DNA of 64,000 bases. Origin: Dimorphilus gyrociliatus. Taxonomy: Eukaryota; Animalia; Annelida. The stretch covers positions 806,001 to 870,000 of the forward strand of contig CAJFCJ010000003.1 of the NCBI GenBank assembly GCA_904063045.1, written 5' to 3'. The notes under the pieces were generated by a model. It was not told the DNA's origin. It did no database searches and was given only the letters and a program-made list of their open reading frames with translations. Positions 55,731 to 64,000 of this stretch are shown piece after piece; within the stretch, counting starts at the first letter, position 1, and each line of letters begins with the position of its first letter. The translations under genes were made by a program, and so were the position numbers.

Positions 55731-58700
55731 ACTACCTTATGAATAATGGCAAAATGCTTTCCAGGTGCAATTTTTTTCAACTTATTTCCCTCCCTCTTGT
55801 ACCTGTAAAAGTTTGACGTTCGCACGAAACGCGTGCGTCACCTGATACGTGCGTATCAGACAAACTCGTTGGCGTCAACTTTTTTTCTTTCTACCTTCAA
55901 ATAGGGTCGAGTAATCACGCTATTCGTTCGTTAAACATTCTACCCTTGTAATTTTTAAGGGTCCATTTTTTCCTACTCTTTTGTTGCTTTAATCGAGTTC
56001 TAATATGTTTTTCTAAAGCGCATTTAACGTCCAAATGCATTGAAATATGTCAATTCTTGCACAAAAATAAGCCCCTTTTTTTGTTACAAATGACTTTTTA
56101 TATATAGTCCCTTTTTATTGTTATTAAACCGTTTATTTACCAAATCTTCTTATAATGAAATTGATATATAAATATCTATGTAAAAATATATCTGTCATTC
56201 TATAAATATACATATTCGATTTATTTGTACATCTATTTATAAACTCTATATTTTCGTAAATATAAATAGAGTGTATACATATATGCATAAATTAATTAAA
56301 CTAATGTACTAAATAGTTTGAATGCGTGGATGAGGGACGGGTGGGAGGATAGTAGAAAATGGAGGGGTAGGTTATTTATGTATTTTTCTAATATATTTAT
56401 CAAGGTTCTCAAAATGAGTATATAAACAATTCAGAGGTTTTTTCTTGCATATTTCATATCAGTTGCTTCAGTATAAATGAAAGTAGAAATTGTTAATATT
56501 TATCTTTATAAACTACTCAATTTAATAATAAAGTTTAAACATTTATGATATAATTTACATATTCAATTTAATTTCTATTCGATAACTATAAACAATGGAA
56601 CATCTTAGGACAATCATTGTTTCTTACCAATAACTTATTCAACAGACTCTTTTCCATCTATTCAAAAAGAATTGAATGCAACAATTGTATAATGCTGCAA
56701 CAAAACGTCATTTAACCGCTAACTTATTCAATGCAAACAAAACGCAAAAAGTCACTTAAAATGCTCACACGCGTGTGCCCTTTTGCTTAACTTATTCGAC
56801 ACACAATACCCTTATCTATATACATATATAAATATATGCCCTTTCAGCCAATTTAGATTGCGAAATGTCACGCTTATCAACAATTTATAGAAAAACTTTC
56901 CCCCTTTCCCGCTATCGCCATATTGACCGCTAAACCCATCCATCATCACTTACATGAGTGTATAGATTTATACACAAACACCCTCGCATTTCCCCACCTC
57001 TCTCTCTCTCTCTTTCAATTGCTCTCTTTTTTCCTACTCTTCTTTGATTTACCACCAGGTATATTAAAATATCAAAAAAGTTATAAAAATGCAAAGCTTT
57101 TAATGTTAATGACTTATTTTTTAACTATAACTTTTTATAATTAATCAGGATATATTTATGCGCAGGCTTGTTATATTCAGGGCAAATTAACCTTCCCATT
57201 GGTGTAGTATTACATTCTATTCATAAATTTTTCTTTTTTTTGTAGATAAAAAAAAAGGATACAACAAACAAAAAAACTGTTTTTATTATAGACCTTTTTT
57301 TTAACAGTTATATTAGAATATAATTGACTTTCTTTCCCCTTTACCTACCAAACAAAAGGTTTCAACAATAACAAAAAAATACCGTATTGACTATCGAAAC
57401 TCATCCATCATCAACAAAGTGTGCGGCGGAGACAACAACTTTCACTTTTATCATCGGTATTCATCAATTGAGTAATGTTCTCTCCCCCCTATCCCCTCTC
57501 TCTTCCTGTCCTTGCTTCCCCCTTCTCCCTTGGTTCTCTTCTCTCTGTCTCACTGTCTCCCTCTCTGTCTCTCTGACTCTGTTCCCTTGACACTTGCCTC
57601 CTCTTTCTTTCCCCTCTCTTTTACTCTATTTTCCCTTTTTCTTCATTGGCAATTTTACAGCCCTACGGCCATATTGACAGAAAAAGCCTATATATACTTT
57701 TTTGACAAGTTCTATTATTATCGACTATTCGATTTCTAACGCTCTCTTATATAGGCCTTACGGAACCCTTCTCTTCTTTTACTCCCCGGAATATATAATT
57801 CCCATGACTAAAATCACGTGACTGATCTTTTACGGGTATATGAAGCGAGATGAAGGACAAAAAGTTTGAGCAAGTGGAAAGTAAACTATAGTCGAATGTA
57901 TAAATATTATATTTGAATATGAAAGTAATAATATATCAAATAAACTACTGATGAAAGGCGTACTTTTCTTCGCCTTTCTTAGCTTACAAGTAGATGGTAA
58001 GAGTATTAGTTTCGAGTAACATGTTTTCGGCTATTGGGAGCATTTAGTGGCGGCATTCAGAACGATTTTAGCAAAAGGTATCTCTTCCCTCAGCCGTCCA
58101 GAGTGAATGATGTGCCCCTTGGGCGTCTTATACACGAAATCATATGTACAACTGGTTGTTAAAGGAATTTTTCTCTCCCGATATTATTCCATAATTTCAG
58201 TTGGAAATCAGCTCGATGAACCTTAACTAGATCAGTTCATCTCCGCCCTATAACTAACTTGTTAATTAATGACAGCTCAAACGCCCCATGATAAGTTAAG
58301 CATGATTGCGTAAGACGGTGTGAAAAAAATCAAACAAATCGGTTCAAACGGTCACGTAAAAGATGAAAGAAATTAGTCTTTTCATTGTCGCCGCCATCTC
58401 TCGTTCTGCGTGTCCGCAAAATGTGCACAGACATCTGCCAATTTTTTTGTTTGTCAAACCGCCTCGTTTACCTCTCCTCGGTAACGGTAATCTCTCAAAT
58501 GAGAAAAATTACTAATAAATGGAAAAGATGGTCATGTGGCTAGTCAAATATGAAGTCGGCCGTAGTGACAGGCAATATATTTTATGTTAGAAATAACCTT
58601 TGACAGGGTCGGGTATTTTTATAAACTTCGTAAACCTCTCTAAAACCGATATACAATAGTTTGAATGTGTTTTAGATGAAGACCTGAGGGGTTGAAATTG

Positions 58701-60381
58701 GCCTTTTTCACGCTTTTCTTTCTACTCGATACATTTATTAAAAGTAAACAAGCATTTTGAAGCAGTAATTACAACAGCATTGAATTCTTATATAAAGAGT
58801 GCTCACAATGCAGTTCGTAATGTCAGTCATAAAGACCGGTCAGTATGTCACATGATACATTTGGGAATTTATATAGCTGCCGTCAACGTGAATTGTTGAT
58901 AAGCACTACAGTTTTTGCAGTTAAGTCACGCAAAGTAGGGTAAAATGAGCAAATTATCCGAACAATGACAAAATAATGGAGATGGTACAGTACAAATTCA
59001 GGAACGCTTAAGGACAACTTTGACAGAAGCCATGTCACCAGGACCTCAAATTTCCCTGTCTGTTTTCCAAACGACTGTAATGATGGATGGATTATTTTGG
59101 TAAAAGAGATTTTTTTCACAATTATCTTCTATGCTCTGTGCAGGATGATATTTACTGACAATTTATCGAATTGAACAGGGAGGGGGTGAAAGGGGTAAAG
59201 AGGGGGTGGATGAACGAGTCGTATCGATTTGAAACGTTGTATGTCAAATTCTTAACAAACATTTTCCCTCATCATTAGCCCGTAGGCGCCGCAGATAAAA
59301 AGCGACTAGGTCGGCTAAGATGTTGCCTGATCCAGATAAGAGATAGAGATAAGAGCCGATGAGTGCTTTATTCAAAGCACGTGTTCTCTAAGGATAAAGA
59401 GAGAAAGAAAGAGGAGGAAGGGCGGAAATAATAAGCAAGATGGAATCGAGTTGTAAACAACTATTTATATAAAGATTGCATATAACAATTTCTACAACTT
59501 ATCATGAAAATGATAACCTATTAACCTACGTTTCGCTTAGGTATAATTCTCTTTATAGCGGAGTTTTCTACTTGAATTCCGATTCCCTAAGATCATCATC
59601 ATTATCATCTGTCCCCTACCAAGCAACAGATAAAAGTTGTAAATAGTTTGTGTTTGTCTAATCTAATTAACTCTTTTAAAAAAAGAAGAATGCCATCTGG
59701 CGAGAATAAGAAACAATTAGTAACTGATTTAGCGGTGTATAAATTCAGTATAGAGAAACTTAACCGTCGGATTATCTTTGTTGAAATATTTTTACGGATC
59801 CCCTTGCCTTTTATGTGTTGTAATTAATCCAGCAGTTTATTGAATAAAATGATTTATAGCACCGGCAGTGACTGACTGCGCAACTATTTATAACATGAGG
59901 GTGTATTTTTTCAAAACCTTGTGGTTTTAAGTGAAAAAATGCGCCATTTTAAGCTACATTAACTTTCAATTTGTTTCCTTTCTTCACATATTCCTTTTTA
60001 TTTCGTTTTTCTCTTTCGCACATATTTATGAATTTAAGATTTTGAAATCAGAACATTTTTAGGATTATTTCCATTGGTAATCGATATTGTTGAGCTTATT
60101 AAATTGGATTTATCTCTTAAGTAATTAGGTAAATTTATATTAGTTAAGTAGATTAATGTTTAAATAAATAAATATCGATTGTAATATTTTTTTACTGTTG
60201 TAAAAATAACTAAAGAAAAACTTTTCTCTATGAAGAAGTGTTTACTTTTTATCATCGATGACGCGTACAGCCGTATCATAGTGTTAAATTTCTACAATAA
60301 GCAACCAGAGATGTTCTTTCTATTACGAAATTAATTCAAAACACCTCAACTACCTACATAATCTAATTATTAAAAATTTCA

Positions 60382-60408
60382 CTCCTCCTCCTCCTCCTCC
60401 TCCTCCTC

Positions 60409-60440
<32 letters not shown>

Positions 60441-60449
60441 GCTCTCTCT
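60382..60449. repeat. (CCT)n-(CT)n polypyrimidine microsatellite
   Basis: About 10 CCT units followed by about 18 CT units, seen directly. Confidence 0.95.
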
Positions 60450-61102
60450 ATTCTCCTATATTATAGATTTCGTTCTAGTACTTCTAGTAGTGATACCATC
60501 TTCTTACCTTACGTACGCCCTCCCCTTTTAACTAAAAGTTCCTTCCCCTTTCTAAACCAGAACTTTGTAAAAAGAAAAAAAAAAGGTCCATCATAATAGA
60601 CTTTAATGCGATATTATTTAAAATTTCTATTACCGGCTTAATAGCATAATTATAAGTCTTTTTTTACCTGAAAAATCTTTAAATACTAGTCTTTTTGTGT
60701 GAAATTATTCTTTTCGTTATTCATTTTTTATGAGATATATACTATTTTTTATTCTCTATTTTTTCCCTGAGTAAATTAGAGTAATTGACTTTTTTATTTA
60801 TTAGAGTTGATGGTCCATAAATCTCTAGGCCTAATAACGATGTTGTATTTTTTTCTCCCCATTCACAACTAGTAAATAAGTATAAGAATGTTTTATAGGT
60901 AAATAAACTGAATATCTATCTATATATATAAAAAACCGCAAATATCTTATAAATTAAGAGATTAAATCGAAATTTTAATAAAAATATTTCCTTTTCTTAT
61001 ATTTTTGGCGGGAAAAAGAAAATTAAATGCTCCAAATACTTAAATATTAGGTTGATGGTTTGTTAAACGATAGTTTAAATAGTAATAAAAGTAAAAAGTC
61101 TA

Positions 61103-61136
<34 letters not shown>

Positions 61137-61404
61137 TTATAAAGGTTGTATATTCATTTATAAGCCTATCTACAGATATTTATATTAATATATTTATACA
61201 CAAATATGAATTATAAGGGAAATAGGTGGGGAAAAGAATGATGAAATATCGTGACTACATATTTTTTTATGAATAATTCTATGGAGCGAAATATTTTTTA
61301 TTTTTTTGCACGACAAGACTATAATTACACACGTTAGAATCAACATTTTTATCATACCAACCAATACATCATTTTCAAAACATTACGTAAAAATTTTTGG
61401 GGGT

Positions 61405-61436
<32 letters not shown>

Positions 61437-62507
61437 GACCAATCGTAATTAAGCACTATTACGTAAAAACTTGAGAGAATTTATGGGTTGTATAAAGTAT
61501 ATATAAAAAAAATATAAATAAACTATCAAATATTGTATAAAAGACTTTCGTTTAAATGACCTTGTATATTTATTTATACTTTTAAATATACAAAAACCGT
61601 CACAGACCAACGATGTAGTTACAGTTTATAAACAACTTTTGACCAATGGCAAACTCTCCCACTAATGCGTCGTTTGGGGATAAGAAATTAGAGAAAAAGC
61701 TAAATTACCCTGTTTGAAGTATTTTAATCAAAAAAATGAAATAGTTATATGTTTATTTCCGATCTTTTCTATTTCCCTTTCCTTGTTCTATTTTATCTTT
61801 ATTAATGTGTATCTCTTCCGGAAGAAAATGATAAAAAGAAAATTGAAGTTGGTATAAAACTAGAGCGAAGGATAAATTGGCAATTTTCTTTTTCCTAATC
61901 ACAAAAGACCTCGCTTGGCTTTATGGAACAAGTGAAGAAGAAAATTTATTAATTATATTATTATTTATATAAACTAAACTAATGGACTGGTTTAAATAAG
62001 TAGTATAAAACAATTAATATTTTATGACCATCATTTTATGCGAGGTCGATTTGTTTACTACTTGCTATTCAACCAATTAAGTATTAAAGAAGATAATGCG
62101 CAAAACGAACGAGAAGGAAAATGATGGAGTAGATAGAATAAGAAAATAGGAGATAGTTATTTAAAATCATTAATTGAGCAGGTAGCTTTAGCTAGCTGTA
62201 TGGCAACAGGTGAACAAGAACTACAGTTTTAATTGCATTTAATAATACGGGACACACTTTTAAAAACCTTAAAGATTTACTTTTTTTTTGTAAATATCTA
62301 GTTCATTTCTTTACTAAAAGAAAAAGAAAAAAAGCATTACGCCCCTCTCCACCTATATATGAAAACTTGGTCCCCTCCCTCTAGTTTTGTACAAATTCTT
62401 ACAGAATAAAAGAAACAGTTTTTGTCGCTTCACAAAAAACATGAAAAGTTTATAAAGTTTTTTGTTTTTTACTTTTAGTTTGAATGGATATTAATTATTA
62501 ATCTTAC

Positions 62508-62709
62508 CTGCTTTCCCTCTACAATTTCCCAGTGCCGCAACTCTAGCTACTGCAACAGGATCGAACTGTTGATGGTAAAATTGTTGATCATATGCGCAAG
62601 AGGGTGTTCTTGCATTGTAACTTTCTTGGTAATAATTAAAATCGTGTAAATAAGATATCATATCCATTTTATTAAGCATACAGGCGCCGTTAGCGCCCTG
62701 AGTCATCAT
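62508..62709 (-). CDS. Pax2/5/8: Candidate distal first coding exon of Pax2/5/8 (67 aa: MMTQGANGACML...LGNCRGKA)
   Basis: ATG in caaaATG context with an upstream in-frame stop. Ends G|gtaag (phase 1), which splices in frame to the paired-box exon (G+GT CAC GGA = GHG), giving 398 aa. Its Q/Y/H-rich composition resembles the proximal first exon. No other acceptor gene was seen between 56 and 62 kb. Confidence 0.7.
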
Positions 62710-64000
62710 TTTGTCTTTTCCGCAGACAATTCCTCCGTTTTTCGTATGCCTTTTAGCGGCTCAGTCGCAAAAATGAAGGCCAGGCTAAACTGGGGCGGCG
62801 CATTCAAATGAGCTTAGGAGCGAGGCGAGGGGTGGTACCTTTATGGATTTCATTTTAGAAAGGGGGTATACGGGGTAGGAAGGGGGGCCAAGATAGGGAA
62901 AGGAAAATGAAAAGGAGTTGTAGTGAAAGAGCGAGATAGAAAGAGAGAATTTTTATTTTTCATATTCTATAAACTTACCCCCCTCCCGCCTGGTTCTGTC
63001 AACAAAAATCCATTAAAGTATATATCTATATATATATAGGAGATATATATATATAGTATGTATATTAATACGTTACTTATTTACACTGTTATCTGCCTGA
63101 GAAAATTTACTAACAATAGTAAAAATCAATAATAATTAGCTAATTATAAACTCTTTTTTTTATTATATCGTGTTTCATTTGGAAATTAAATTATTTAATT
63201 TAGCATTTATAGAGAATTCCATATATATCTAGGGGATTATATATAAATATAATAAAGAACAAGATAAAATTGATATCTAATTCGAATAATTAAATCTTTT
63301 TCTAGTCGTTGATGTGTAAAATGTTATATATTAACTAAACAAAAGACAAAACAGAACATATACTATATATAAAACAATAATAACTATTTGAATTTCTATT
63401 CCGTTCAATATAAGGGTTGTCGTATTGGTAAAAGATAGGAATTTGTCGTGTTTTTTAACATCTGTGACATGACAAACAATCGTTCTCTTTTTGTCACGTG
63501 ACTTTCACACTCGTAGCTATTGTCTCTATGATATTAATGTTTAATCATGGCATCTTAACGTTCAGTTTGTAGCAGTAATTAAGTATAATTTACTATCGAT
63601 TTGCGAAATAATGATATTTATGGCTCATCAACTAGAAACTGTATGTTAAAAAAAAATTATGCAAATTATTCATGATGAAAGAAGCGTGCCGCACCCTCAG
63701 TAATGGAAAAGGTCTGTATGAGAAAGTTTAATTAATCATAATGTGGGTAGTCAAATCCCAAAATTCTCACTTAAGGGACTCTTTTTCCTTTAGTATAATC
63801 CATTACTTTAAGCGAATAGGCCTAACAATCTGTTTAGTGCCAAAACCTAGATAATTTTACGAGTAGATTGGGTTGCCTTGGAATGAGGTTAGGTAAAAGT
63901 GTTGAAAGTAAGTTAAAGAATGAAATTAAGCTAGTAGAAGAGCGAAGCTGAATCCATACAAACCGTGAAAGAAAGAAAAGAGATAGATAGATCGATTGGT

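Noticed and set aside
36480-58130. Mad/Medea/Schnurri silencer element GRCGNC-N5-GTCT as the explanation of the GACGCC excess
   Set aside because: None of the copies I checked has GTCT at the required 5-nt spacing.
58883-59119. 78-aa minus-strand ORF in the Pax upstream intron
   Set aside because: GTG/TTG-type start, no recognisable motif and no convincing phase-compatible splice sites. The same applies to 23288-23533 and 25664-25951.

Overview
Eukaryotic, AT-rich (about 30% GC by eye) animal genomic DNA. Introns are mostly about 55-90 nt, with a few of several kb; many (TA)n/(GA)n microsatellites. The gene set and compact style fit an invertebrate bilaterian (inference). I assembled five spliced genes by hand, with GT-AG boundaries and consistent phases: calumenin (-, 498-1831); an uncharacterised acidic/RS-rich protein (+, 2352-5202); a 1130-aa Dok-7-like PH-PTB adaptor (-, 7327-28265); MELK (+, 28710-34850); and Pax2/5/8 (-, 42851-55548), with a second candidate first exon at 62508-62709. 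Both calumenin/RS-gene and Dok-7-like/MELK are head-to-head pairs. No transposase, RNA gene or CRISPR array was recognisable. The most unusual signals: (1) a strong excess of GACGCC/GACGTC hexamers, often paired, across the Pax2/5/8 locus; (2) an orphan open frame, possibly a hidden gene, between MELK and Pax2/5/8, plus a nearby promoter-like island with no gene; (3) a Dok-7 head carrying an IRS/FRS2-like tyrosine-motif tail, with candidate isoform switches; (4) CTCF-like motifs whose orientations bracket gene units. All counts are by eye and need computational confirmation.
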